Source of the DNA: Melioribacteraceae bacterium
GTDB taxonomy: Bacteria > Bacteroidota > Ignavibacteria > Ignavibacteriales > Melioribacteraceae
Direction: 5' to 3'
NCBI GenBank assembly: GCA_016927595.1
Contig: JAFGMI010000017.1
Location: 537-64,536 of the forward strand
DNA: 64,000 nt
Under the pieces are notes generated by a model, which was not told the origin of the DNA, made no database searches, and saw only the letters and a program-made list of their open reading frames with translations. Below, one piece after another: positions 8,350 through 18,196 of the stretch; positions within the stretch are counted from its first letter, which is position 1; the number at the start of each line of letters is the position of its first letter. The translations under genes and the position numbers were made by a program.

Positions 8350-10335
8350 ATGAAACTACTAAAAACGCTCCTATTACTTGTCCTAATACAAACTGTTCAA
8401 TATTCACAAGTAAATTCTCATTACTGCGCGGATTCTAAAAAGAAATATAATAATGCGATTAATAAATCGGCTGCTGCAGATTATAATAGCGATACCAGAA
8501 TCGATGCCAGGTATTATAAACTCGAAATCTCCATAAATATGCAAACCCAGAGTATCTCCGGGACCACCACGGTTACCTTGCAATCACTAGAGAACGGTTT
8601 GAACCAGATTTTTCTGGATTTTAAAGATGGAATGATCGTTTCTGGCGTAAGTATGAACGGCAATAATCTCGGTTTCGATCATAATGGTAACAAAATTAAT
8701 ATTCAACTTCCGGCAGTTTTTAATGCTGACGATCAGTTTACGCTGGTAATTGATTACACAGGTAAACCCGTGAAAGATGGTTTCGGAAGTTTTGTGTGGG
8801 TATCCGACATTCCGGCAGTCTGGACATTGAGCCAGCCTTACGGTTCAAGTAACTGGTGGGTGTGCAAGGATACCCCGGGCGATAAAGTTGATTCTTCGGA
8901 TGTCTGGATTACATGCGACGAAAGTTTAATACCTGTTTCAAACGGGAAACTCGAAAAGATCGACTATCCACTTGCCGGGATGCACCGGTATAAGTGGAAG
9001 AACAGTTACCCTATTTCGCAATACCTTATTTCTATGGCTGTTGCTCCTTATGAAATCTACCAAAATGATTTTGTTTATAATGGCGGAAAAGATACGATGG
9101 ATGTAGTTCACTACAATTATCCAGGCAGATTAACCGGCACACGGAAGAAAATTCTGGATGAGATAGTTCCCATGCTGCAAATATTCTCGGAGAAGTTCGG
9201 TCTTTACCCCTTTATAAATGAAAAGTATGGTCACGCAGAATGTACCTTCAGTGGTGGAATGGAACATCAGACAGTTTCATCAATGGGGTCATTTTCAAGC
9301 GGAATACTGGCTCACGAATTAGCTCATCAATGGTTCGGAGATAAGATTACATGCCGGGACTGGCATAACATCTGGCTGAATGAAGGATTTGCCACATATC
9401 TCGAATCGGTGTATATTGAAGAGATTTCCGGATTCGAAGCTTATCAGAATTCAATCTTTCAAAAAATGACATCTGCCAGGAGCGCTTCCGGTAGTATTTA
9501 TCTTTATGACATAAGTTCAGTTTCCTCTATTTTTAATTATGCACGCTCTTATGCAAAAGGCGCTGTTGTTTTGCATATGTTGCGAAGAGTACTGGGCGAT
9601 GATACTTTCTTTGAGGTAATGTATCAGTATGCTAACGATGAAAATCTGGTTTATAACGTTGCTACAACTGAAGATTTTCAGGCTGTTGCCGAAAGGGTTT
9701 CGGGAAAAGACTTGAATTATTTTTTCGAAGAGTGGATTTACGGGGAGAATTATCCCAGGTATTCAATTAAATGGAATTATAGCAAAATATCTGAAAGCAG
9801 TTATGATGTGTACGTTAACATAGAGCAAGATACAAATAGTGAACCGGAATACTTTACCATGCCGGTCGATCTGAAAATTCAAACCGAATCGGGTGATACT
9901 CTGGTTACGGTATTTAATGATGCAAAAAACCAATCGTTTATATTCAATATTAAATCTGAACCGGTTTATCTGTTATTTGATCCGGATAACTGGATATTAA
10001 AAGAACATAGTATTCTTACCGGTCAGTCCGATATATTTTTGGGTCCATCCGGATTCGAGTTGTATCAGAATTATCCCAACCCGTTTAATCCTTCCACAAC
10101 TATTGAATATTCAATCACCGCTGCGGAGGAGAATAATATTATTCCCGCACTTCATGTGAAGCTGATTGTATATGACATACTAGGACTTGAATCAGCAATA
10201 CTTGTTGATGAATATCAGAAGCCCGGACTTTACAGCGTTAACTTCGACGCAGAGAACTTTTCTTCCGGTATTTATTTTATTAAACTGATAAGCGGTGATT
10301 ATATATCGGTGAAAAAAATGTTGCTGTTAAAGTAG
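8350..10335 (+). CDS. M1-family zinc aminopeptidase with C-terminal T9SS (type A) sorting domain
   Basis: Signal peptide, GGMEH (GxMEN variant), HELAHQWFG...WLNEGFATY zinc site, and the tail QNYPNPFNPSTTIEY...VKLIVYDILG...SGIYFIKL. Confidence 0.85.
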   Translation: MKLLKTLLLLVLIQTVQYSQVNSHYCADSKKKYNNAINKSAAADYNSDTRIDARYYKLEISINMQTQSISGTTTVTLQSLENGLNQIFLDFKDGMIVSGVSMNGNNLGFDHNGNKINIQLPAVFNADDQFTLVIDYTGKPVKDGFGSFVWVSDIPAVWTLSQPYGSSNWWVCKDTPGDKVDSSDVWITCDESLIPVSNGKLEKIDYPLAGMHRYKWKNSYPISQYLISMAVAPYEIYQNDFVYNGGKDTMDVVHYNYPGRLTGTRKKILDEIVPMLQIFSEKFGLYPFINEKYGHAECTFSGGMEHQTVSSMGSFSSGILAHELAHQWFGDKITCRDWHNIWLNEGFATYLESVYIEEISGFEAYQNSIFQKMTSARSASGSIYLYDISSVSSIFNYARSYAKGAVVLHMLRRVLGDDTFFEVMYQYANDENLVYNVATTEDFQAVAERVSGKDLNYFFEEWIYGENYPRYSIKWNYSKISESSYDVYVNIEQDTNSEPEYFTMPVDLKIQTESGDTLVTVFNDAKNQSFIFNIKSEPVYLLFDPDNWILKEHSILTGQSDIFLGPSGFELYQNYPNPFNPSTTIEYSITAAEENNIIPALHVKLIVYDILGLESAILVDEYQKPGLYSVNFDAENFSSGIYFIKLISGDYISVKKMLLLK

Positions 10336-10443
10336 TTAAAACCCGAAAAATATTTTAATTGGCTGTTTTTAACTTTTTAAATTCTTATTTTATCGCCGTT
10401 GTTTTAGCATTCACAAGTCGTTATTTTTTTTAAAAGTATCACT

Positions 10444-12564
10444 ATGACAAGAAACAAAATTTATTCGATAATATTTCCGGTTGTAATTGTTTTATCGTTC
10501 ATTAATCTGATAGGTGAAAATTTGTTTATTCATGAAAGCGATGCGGAGCAAATAGCTGTTAAAACAGAAATATTTGCAGCAAATAAAATAGATTTAGACG
10601 AGGTTTTTTCACAAAAGCAGCTTGGTTCATTTGTGAGCAACAATTCTACCTGCTTCAGACTTTTCGCACCAAGCGCTTTTCTGGTTTATCTGAATATATA
10701 TGACTCTGCTGAAAGCGATAAACCTGAATCGTTTGAGATGAAAGCAGATGATGACGGCGTGTGGGAGATACTAATTGATAAAGACCTATCAGGAAAATTC
10801 TATGGATATAAAGTCCTGCACAATAAAAATGATGTTATTGATCAGATGCCTCTCTGCGTAGATCCTTATGCGAAGGCTGTGGCTTCATTTACGTCTTATA
10901 ACAATCCGAGAAAATCAATTGTCTTTAATCATGAATATGACTGGGAAGATGATACATGGATACAAAGGGACTGGCGCGATTTAATAATTTACGAAATGCA
11001 TATCAGGGATATGACGGCTCATACGAGTTCCGGCGCAAAACAACCAGGTACATACATGGGTCTGGTAGAAAGAAATATTACGGGAGGACTCAACTACATT
11101 AAGGAACTCGGTGTTAATACTGTTGAACTGCTGCCGGCTATGGAATCCGGAAATTGTGAACTTCCCTATATGGATTCTTTAACCGGTAAATACAATACAT
11201 GGAATCCTTACGAAAGAAATCACTGGGGTTATATGACCTCAAACTTTTTTGCACCATCGTCTTATTATGCAATGAAATGGAATAGCTTCAGATGGAATGA
11301 ATGGACGGGTACCGACGGCAGTCAGGTTAATAAATTTAAAGACATGGTTAAAGCATTTCATAGTGAAGGAATTGCTGTGGTTATGGATGTTGTTTACAAT
11401 CATTTAAGCGAATATGAGGTGGGAAATCTTAAGCAAATAGACCGTGAATATTATTTCAGACTGGATGAGAACCGTAACTATATTTCACAAAGCGGATGCG
11501 GAAATGATCTGAAAACAGAAAGACCTATGGTGCGAAGGATGATTGTTGAAAGTATTTTATACTGGATGAAGGAATATCATATCGATGGGTTCAGGTTTGA
11601 TCTCGGTAAACTGATAGACTGGGAAACAGTTGAAGAAATTACACGCGAGGCTCGTAAAGTAAATCCGAACGTAATTATAGTTTGTGAACCATGGGGCGGG
11701 GGGTACGATCCGAAAGGTTTTTCACTTCGTGAATGGGGAAGCTGGAATGACCAGATCAGAAACGGGATCAAAGGGGAAAATCCGTTTAACGGACTCGGCT
11801 GGATCTTCGGTAAGTGGTACGGTAACAATAGTCTGGACAGAATTAAGAGTTATGTTAATGGAACTCTTGTAAGATACGAGCATGGTCTTTTCCAGAAAGC
11901 GGAGCATTCGGTCAATTATCTTGAATCACACGACGGCTACACTCTCGGCGATTTTATCCGCATCGGAACCAAAGAGGTACCCGCCGACGAAAAAATTTAC
12001 AATACGGATGAACATGTTAAATTGACAGCCCGTCAATTAAGACTTAATAAACTCGCTGCTTTGTTTTTATTGACATCGCAGGGCATAACAATGATTCACA
12101 GCGGACAGGAATTTGCAAGATCTAAAGTAATTGAAACGGATAATAACGTGCCCGATAAAAATAAGGGGAAGATGGATCATAATTCATATGAAAAGGATAA
12201 TACAACCAATTATGTTAATTATAAACATGCCGGATTAAATTCGGATCTGCTGCAATATTATAAAGGCTTGATTAAACTTCGTTCAACATTTGAATCTTTC
12301 AGACATTCAGACCCGTCCCATATAACTTTTTATACTATTAAGGATGATAACTTTGCATTGGGTTATCATATAAACCGCGGTAAGGAAAATTTTATTATTG
12401 TTTTTAACGCTAATCAGGAAAAAGAGAGAGAGTTTATTCTTCCTAAAGGAGATTGGAGTGTATTGGTTAACGCTGATAGTGCCGGAATAAAACCAATCAG
12501 TTATGTAAATGATAAAATTATTCTTGAACCAGTAACGGGAATGGTACTTAAAAAAATAAAATAA
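10444..12564 (+). CDS. type I pullulanase / GH13 debranching enzyme
   Basis: All four GH13 conserved regions are present: VMDVVYNH, DGFRFDLGKL, EPWGGGY, YLESHDG. N-terminal TM/signal segment and a CBM48-like region (FRLFAPSA..V.L). Confidence 0.85.
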   Translation: MTRNKIYSIIFPVVIVLSFINLIGENLFIHESDAEQIAVKTEIFAANKIDLDEVFSQKQLGSFVSNNSTCFRLFAPSAFLVYLNIYDSAESDKPESFEMKADDDGVWEILIDKDLSGKFYGYKVLHNKNDVIDQMPLCVDPYAKAVASFTSYNNPRKSIVFNHEYDWEDDTWIQRDWRDLIIYEMHIRDMTAHTSSGAKQPGTYMGLVERNITGGLNYIKELGVNTVELLPAMESGNCELPYMDSLTGKYNTWNPYERNHWGYMTSNFFAPSSYYAMKWNSFRWNEWTGTDGSQVNKFKDMVKAFHSEGIAVVMDVVYNHLSEYEVGNLKQIDREYYFRLDENRNYISQSGCGNDLKTERPMVRRMIVESILYWMKEYHIDGFRFDLGKLIDWETVEEITREARKVNPNVIIVCEPWGGGYDPKGFSLREWGSWNDQIRNGIKGENPFNGLGWIFGKWYGNNSLDRIKSYVNGTLVRYEHGLFQKAEHSVNYLESHDGYTLGDFIRIGTKEVPADEKIYNTDEHVKLTARQLRLNKLAALFLLTSQGITMIHSGQEFARSKVIETDNNVPDKNKGKMDHNSYEKDNTTNYVNYKHAGLNSDLLQYYKGLIKLRSTFESFRHSDPSHITFYTIKDDNFALGYHINRGKENFIIVFNANQEKEREFILPKGDWSVLVNADSAGIKPISYVNDKIILEPVTGMVLKKIK

Positions 12565-12570
12565 ATTATC

Positions 12571-13167
12571 ATGAAAATTATATCATTTGTAATTCTGTTC
12601 AGCACAATGGTCATCGCACAACACGATACCTCAATTGTATTTCTGGGAGACATTGATTCAACAATAGCAACTGATGTCCGGTATGCGACCACGAATAATT
12701 TTACCGGTAAGGTGCTTTACCCGACCAGCAGAATTTACACAAGAAAAATCGTCGGTGATTCTCTTGTAAAAATCAACCGCTATCTTCTCGACAATTACAA
12801 TCTCCGCATAAAAATATTTGATGCATTCAGACCGGTTTCCGTGCAGAAAATTATGTGGGAAATTTATCCCGATCCTAATTTTGTTGCTGATCCATCCACA
12901 GGTTCAAGACACAACAGAGGGGCGGCAGTTGATCTTACTATAATCGACAGTACTGGTAAGGAACTCGATATGGGCACCGGTTACGACAACTTCACCGAAA
13001 TGGCGCACTACGATTATTCAGGTCTGAGCGACGAAGCTAAAAAAAACAGGAAACTCCTGAGAGATGTGATGATAAGGTTCGGATTTGAACCGCTGGAAAC
13101 CGAATGGTGGCACTTTGACTTTAAGGGGTGGAAAAGGTTTTCTATATTAGATTACAGATTCAACTGA
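12571..13167 (+). CDS. ddpX: D-alanyl-D-alanine dipeptidase (M15D, VanX/DdpX family)
   Basis: SRHNRGAAVDLT and EWWHFD zinc/catalytic motifs, with an N-terminal signal-like segment. Confidence 0.85.
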   Translation: MKIISFVILFSTMVIAQHDTSIVFLGDIDSTIATDVRYATTNNFTGKVLYPTSRIYTRKIVGDSLVKINRYLLDNYNLRIKIFDAFRPVSVQKIMWEIYPDPNFVADPSTGSRHNRGAAVDLTIIDSTGKELDMGTGYDNFTEMAHYDYSGLSDEAKKNRKLLRDVMIRFGFEPLETEWWHFDFKGWKRFSILDYRFN

Positions 13168-16100
13168 CAATTGCTTTCTTCAGGGATTTCTCCACTGCAA
13201 ATTTAAAAGCCGTTAAGTTGACCGGTTTCTTGAATGCATATTCAATTCCATTCTGTCTGTATTCCTTGATAATGCTGTCAGTTAAATCACTGCTCAGAAT
13301 TATTACCGGCGGTTTTAACTTAATTTCGGAGAGATTAAGCTGTTGTATTAATGAAAAGCCGCTCATCACGGGCATGTCGTGATCACTTATTACCAGCGCC
13401 GGATACAAATCTCTTATTTTTTCAATTGCTTCTTTTCCGTTGGTTGCCTCTACTATTGTATAATCCGGCACTAAATTCTTCAATAATTTAGCATAGAGTA
13501 TTCTATCGTGTCTGCTGTCATCAACCAGTAAGATTTTCGTCGATGAAACAGGAATTGTGAAAATAAACTCGGATCCTTTCCCGTACTCGCTGTTTACAGC
13601 AATCTGACCGCCATGTTTTTTAACGATATCGTAGCATAAAGAAAGACCCAATCCGCTGCCCTTTTCGCCGGCTGTACCTGTTGTTGTAAACTTCGTATCC
13701 ACTTTAAATAATTTCGGAATATCGGTTTCTTTAATTCCCTGACCAGTATCCTTTACTTTGAACTGCACTTGTCGGTTTTTAACCAGAGGCGAAGCGGATA
13801 TAACAATATTTCCGCCCCTATCAGTAAATTTTATTGCGTTCGATATTAAATTGTTGAATACCTGAAACAATAAATTTTCGTCCGCATGGATATAAACATC
13901 TTTCGACATATCCGAAACTAGGTTAATGTTTTTTTGGAGAGCGACTCCCGAAAGCATTTGAATGGCTTTATTAATTACATAGGCAGCATTTATACGCTGG
14001 GGTTCGAAACTAATTCTTCCGGTTTGAAGCCTTGTCCAGTCCAGCAGACCGTTTACAAGCGAAAGCATATTTCGGGAAGATTCCTGTATATATGTTGTAT
14101 ACTGAATCTGCTTGTCCTCCGGCATGTTTCTGTCGCTAAGCAGCATATCGGTAAATCCGAGTATAGAACTGAAAGGCGTCCGCAGGTCATGAGAAATGAT
14201 CGAAATGAACCTGTCCTTGGTTTCATTCAGTACTTTTAACTCATCGGTGGATTTTTTCAGTTCTTCATTCGCCCGCTTCGTTAGTGTTATATCACTTGTT
14301 AGACCGAACACTTTCTGAATTACACCTTCTGAATCACGGAGAATATTGACTTTGTTTTTTATCCATACTATACTGCCGAGGTTGTTTATTATTCTGTACT
14401 CAAGCTCATCCGAATTTCTTACGTGATCGTTATAAAGCGCCCGCAGCTTAGATACTACCCCGGCTGTATCATTGGGATGTATTATTCGAAGCCACAACTT
14501 TGAGTCCTTCAAAAATTCCTGACTCTGGTAACCGGTTATGCGCGAAATAACTTCGCTGTAAAACACCATTTGCAGCCTGCCGTCTTTTCGTTCGGCGGAC
14601 CAGACGCAGTCGTTTATATTTTCTGTTATACTTCTGTAGCGTTCTTCGGAAATCTCCAGATTATCGACAGCTTCTTTTTCTTTCGTTATATCGCGGTAAG
14701 TTGATACGATGAATAGTCCGTCATTTGTTTCGTAAGAGGATGTTGATTTTTCAACGTAGAATTCAGATTCATCCTTCCGTTTTGCTTTGTAGACATAACG
14801 GTCAGGTACTCTATCGCCCTTTTCCGAATCAATAATGTATTTTGATACTGTAGGGATATCTTCCACGGCAACGAAATCTAAAACATTTTTACCGATGACT
14901 TCATCAGCAAAATTATAACCGAACATACCGGCAAACGAATCGTTAACCAGTATATATTTTCCCCCTGACTGAACCGCTATTCCGTCCTGTGAGGCTTCAA
15001 ACACCGTTCGGATCATCAGCAGATCCCGTTCAGCTTTTTTCTTTTCAGTTATATCCGTGAATACGGCATTATAGGAGCCGATATTGCCAGCCAGGTCCTT
15101 TGCCCCTGTAAAGTTGGCAAATACGTGAACTTTACTATTGCTCTTCTTTTTAAGGGTTATTTCGATAGAATCGGACTGCTGCTCGTAAAGTTTTACTATT
15201 TCCTCTGGAGTAATAGTTGAAGATTCAAAATCGATAAGATCTTTGATGTTGAGTTTCAGCAATTCATTTTCATCATATTCAAATTCCTTTGTGAAGAAAG
15301 GATTCACATATGTCATATCACCATTCAGGTCGAATGTACAAATATACTCCCGGGTATTGGTAACAATATTTCTGAACCGTTCCTCAGAGACTCTTAACTG
15401 CTTTTCGATATTTGCTCTTTCTGTTATATTTGTGCATAGAATAATTATTGAACCTTCTTCTTCAGCAAGAGCCATTCTTACAGAAAGCAGTTCGGATTCT
15501 TTGTGAGCATCGGATGTCCAGAATTCTCCTTTAAATGACTTATTCTCTTTCAGTTCATCTTTGAGAATTTTCAGGTAGTTGTAGTCTATTGATGGAATTA
15601 TTTTTCCTACAAATTTACCAAAGACTTCGCTTCTTGAAATACCGAATAATTCGGCAGCCCCATCGTTCCAGTAAGTGATTTTTCCTTCAAGGTCTATATT
15701 TACAATTGCATCGGTAATTGTATTTGAAATGTCATAATACCTCTTCAGCTCTTTAATTTCAGCTTCATGCTTTTCCCTTAAATGCAATTCATCCGAAATG
15801 TTGCGAAACAGGAAGGCAGTAAATTCTAAATTCCCGCTGCTATCATTAAAAGGAACTGCTGTAATTTTGTATTGAATATTATTTTCATTCTCTTTAATCA
15901 GGATGCTGTCTTCCAGCCTGCTATCATTTTCTTTACGTAGTTTGGATAAAATATCATTAAAGAAGCTGCTGAACTCCCCGCCTGCAACTTGAGATATATT
16001 TGCCTCTTTGGTTTTAAGGTATTTTTTATCTTCGGTATTCTTTACGGATGACGAAATCAAAATATTTCCATCGGGATCGGTAATTGCAAAATAACTGAAC

Positions 16101-16543
16101 AGTGAATCGATAAGCTTTCTGAAGTATAATGATTTAAAGACCTTTTCTTTCCTGAGATGGGCACCAAGAAATAAATCCTCGAATAGCAGTACGCCTCCTT
16201 TGTACAAACCATTTTCAAAAATCGGAGTACCTTTAACTAAAAGAGATATTTCGGCACCTTCAGGTGTTTTATGGGTGTTTAGTTCTTTCTCGAATGAATC
16301 TCCTTTTTCAAATGAGCTTAAATATTCAACTATTCCATTCTCCTGCAGGAATTCGATGTCCGGTATTTTTTTTCTGAGGATGTTCTCATCAAGCCCTTGA
16401 ATATAGAAATCTGTAAGACTCTTATTAACGAATTTAATTTCTTCATTCTCATTAAAAATTAATAGCCCTACTGGCAGGTTATCAATTAAACCCGCGAGCG
16501 AGGAACTTTTCGATTCGGTATTTTTATCAACTATTTCGCTCAT
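13160..16543 (-). CDS. multi-PAS hybrid sensor histidine kinase with C-terminal receiver domain
   Basis: 1127 aa. It has several PAS/PAC-like repeats, the H-box FISIISHDLRTP, N/G boxes (NLISNAIKFT, DTGQGI, GSGLGLS), and a receiver (KILLVDDS...VISDHDMPVMSG). The start codon overlaps the pckA stop (ATGA at 16540-16543). Confidence 0.9.
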   Translation of the reverse strand: MSEIVDKNTESKSSSLAGLIDNLPVGLLIFNENEEIKFVNKSLTDFYIQGLDENILRKKIPDIEFLQENGIVEYLSSFEKGDSFEKELNTHKTPEGAEISLLVKGTPIFENGLYKGGVLLFEDLFLGAHLRKEKVFKSLYFRKLIDSLFSYFAITDPDGNILISSSVKNTEDKKYLKTKEANISQVAGGEFSSFFNDILSKLRKENDSRLEDSILIKENENNIQYKITAVPFNDSSGNLEFTAFLFRNISDELHLREKHEAEIKELKRYYDISNTITDAIVNIDLEGKITYWNDGAAELFGISRSEVFGKFVGKIIPSIDYNYLKILKDELKENKSFKGEFWTSDAHKESELLSVRMALAEEEGSIIILCTNITERANIEKQLRVSEERFRNIVTNTREYICTFDLNGDMTYVNPFFTKEFEYDENELLKLNIKDLIDFESSTITPEEIVKLYEQQSDSIEITLKKKSNSKVHVFANFTGAKDLAGNIGSYNAVFTDITEKKKAERDLLMIRTVFEASQDGIAVQSGGKYILVNDSFAGMFGYNFADEVIGKNVLDFVAVEDIPTVSKYIIDSEKGDRVPDRYVYKAKRKDESEFYVEKSTSSYETNDGLFIVSTYRDITKEKEAVDNLEISEERYRSITENINDCVWSAERKDGRLQMVFYSEVISRITGYQSQEFLKDSKLWLRIIHPNDTAGVVSKLRALYNDHVRNSDELEYRIINNLGSIVWIKNKVNILRDSEGVIQKVFGLTSDITLTKRANEELKKSTDELKVLNETKDRFISIISHDLRTPFSSILGFTDMLLSDRNMPEDKQIQYTTYIQESSRNMLSLVNGLLDWTRLQTGRISFEPQRINAAYVINKAIQMLSGVALQKNINLVSDMSKDVYIHADENLLFQVFNNLISNAIKFTDRGGNIVISASPLVKNRQVQFKVKDTGQGIKETDIPKLFKVDTKFTTTGTAGEKGSGLGLSLCYDIVKKHGGQIAVNSEYGKGSEFIFTIPVSSTKILLVDDSRHDRILYAKLLKNLVPDYTIVEATNGKEAIEKIRDLYPALVISDHDMPVMSGFSLIQQLNLSEIKLKPPVIILSSDLTDSIIKEYRQNGIEYAFKKPVNLTAFKFAVEKSLKKAIVS

Positions 16544-18150
16544 TCTCTGTATCTAGGACCGGCATTCCTTATTTTCTCTGACACGTCGGCTTTGAACTCC
16601 TCGAAGTTTTTATGAAACATTAATGCCAATTTTTTCGCTGTTTCGTCGTATTTATCCGGATTGCCCCACGTATTCCGGGGGTTAAGTATCTCCGGAGGCA
16701 CATTTTTAAATGTTTTTGGAATATTTAGCCCGAATATCGGATCCTCAAACATTTCTACATCGTCCAGTTCGCCATTTAATGCAGCATTAAGCATAGCACG
16801 AGTATATTTAATTTTTATTCTGCTGCCAACTCCATATGGTCCGCCCGACCAGCCGGTATTTATAAGCCAGCATCCGGATTTATACTGCTCAATTTTTTTG
16901 CCAAGTAATTCCGCATAGACAGATGGATGTAAAGCCATAAACGGAGCGCCAAAACAAGTGCTAAACGTCGCTTTTGGCTCAGTAACACCCTTTTCAGTAC
17001 CAGCTACCTTGGCTGTATAACCTGACAAGAAATGATACATTGCCTGTTCGGGGGACAGTTTTGCAATCGGCGGCAAAACTCCGAATGCATCCGCTGTGAG
17101 CATTATAATATTTTTCGGGTGATCTGCCATTCCGCCAGGCTCAGTATTTTTTATGAAAGAAATCGGATAGGCTGCACGTGTATTTTCGGTTAGAGAATCT
17201 TCATTAAGGTCTAAAACGCGGGAATCTGTATCCATTGCAACGTTTTCCAGTATTGTTCCGAACATTCGGGTACATCTGTAAATATCGGGTTCAGCCTCTT
17301 TTGACAGGCGAATCACCTTTGCGTAGCATCCGCCCTCGAAATTGAAGATGCCCTTGTCGCTCCAACCGTGTTCATCATCGCCAATAAGTTTACGCGTTGG
17401 ATCGGCGGATAAAGTGGTTTTTCCGGTACCCGACAAACCGAACAATACTGCCACGTCACCTTGTTCGCCCACATTCGCGCTGCAGTGCATCGACATGACG
17501 CCTTTAATTGGAAGGAGATAGTTCATAATCGTAAATATCGACTTTTTAATTTCACCGGCATAGCTTGTCCCACCGATCAGAACCAGCTTACGACCGAAAT
17601 TGACCACTACAAAAACCGGTGAGTTTGTGTTGTCGGTCTCCGGATCTGCCTGAAGAGACGGCATTTGTATAACAGTAAACTCCGGAGTATGCACTGCAAC
17701 TTCCTCATCCGATTCAGGTACAACGAACATATTTCTTGCAAATAAACTGTGCCATGCTGTTTCGGTAATAACACGTATGGGAAGTTTATAAGCAGGATCG
17801 TGCCCGGCATACAAATCCTGAATATATAAATCCTTGTTCTGTATATATGCAAGCATCTTGCCGTAAATTCTGTAGAAACTCTTATCATCTATCTTTTTAT
17901 TCACTTTTCCCCACCAGATCTTTTCAGTACTCGTAGGTTCATCAACAATGAATTTATCGTTGGGACTTCTGCCTGTATGCTGACCTGTTCTGACCATCAG
18001 CGGACCGTCGAGCGCAATCATCGCTTCTCTGCGCCGGATAGCCTGCTCGTATAATGCAGGTGTTGTAAGATTATAAAAGATATTGTTGATATTACGTATA
18101 CCCAGTTCATTCAAAGTTCTATATACTTCTTCCTTGCTTTTCATTTTCAC
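16540..18150 (-). CDS. pckA: phosphoenolpyruvate carboxykinase (ATP)
   Basis: 536 aa with GRSPNDKF, GLSGTGKTTLS and IGDDEHGW motifs. Confidence 0.95.
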   Translation of the reverse strand: MKMKSKEEVYRTLNELGIRNINNIFYNLTTPALYEQAIRRREAMIALDGPLMVRTGQHTGRSPNDKFIVDEPTSTEKIWWGKVNKKIDDKSFYRIYGKMLAYIQNKDLYIQDLYAGHDPAYKLPIRVITETAWHSLFARNMFVVPESDEEVAVHTPEFTVIQMPSLQADPETDNTNSPVFVVVNFGRKLVLIGGTSYAGEIKKSIFTIMNYLLPIKGVMSMHCSANVGEQGDVAVLFGLSGTGKTTLSADPTRKLIGDDEHGWSDKGIFNFEGGCYAKVIRLSKEAEPDIYRCTRMFGTILENVAMDTDSRVLDLNEDSLTENTRAAYPISFIKNTEPGGMADHPKNIIMLTADAFGVLPPIAKLSPEQAMYHFLSGYTAKVAGTEKGVTEPKATFSTCFGAPFMALHPSVYAELLGKKIEQYKSGCWLINTGWSGGPYGVGSRIKIKYTRAMLNAALNGELDDVEMFEDPIFGLNIPKTFKNVPPEILNPRNTWGNPDKYDETAKKLALMFHKNFEEFKADVSEKIRNAGPRYRE

Positions 18151-18196
18151 TCCAGTTATTAATCGATTCCACTTTCAGATAATATAAAAGAATTTT

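Noticed and set aside
13128-13382. 84-aa plus-strand ORF after ddpX
   Set aside because: It lies antisense to the receiver domain of the hybrid kinase. It is a shadow ORF with no independent support.
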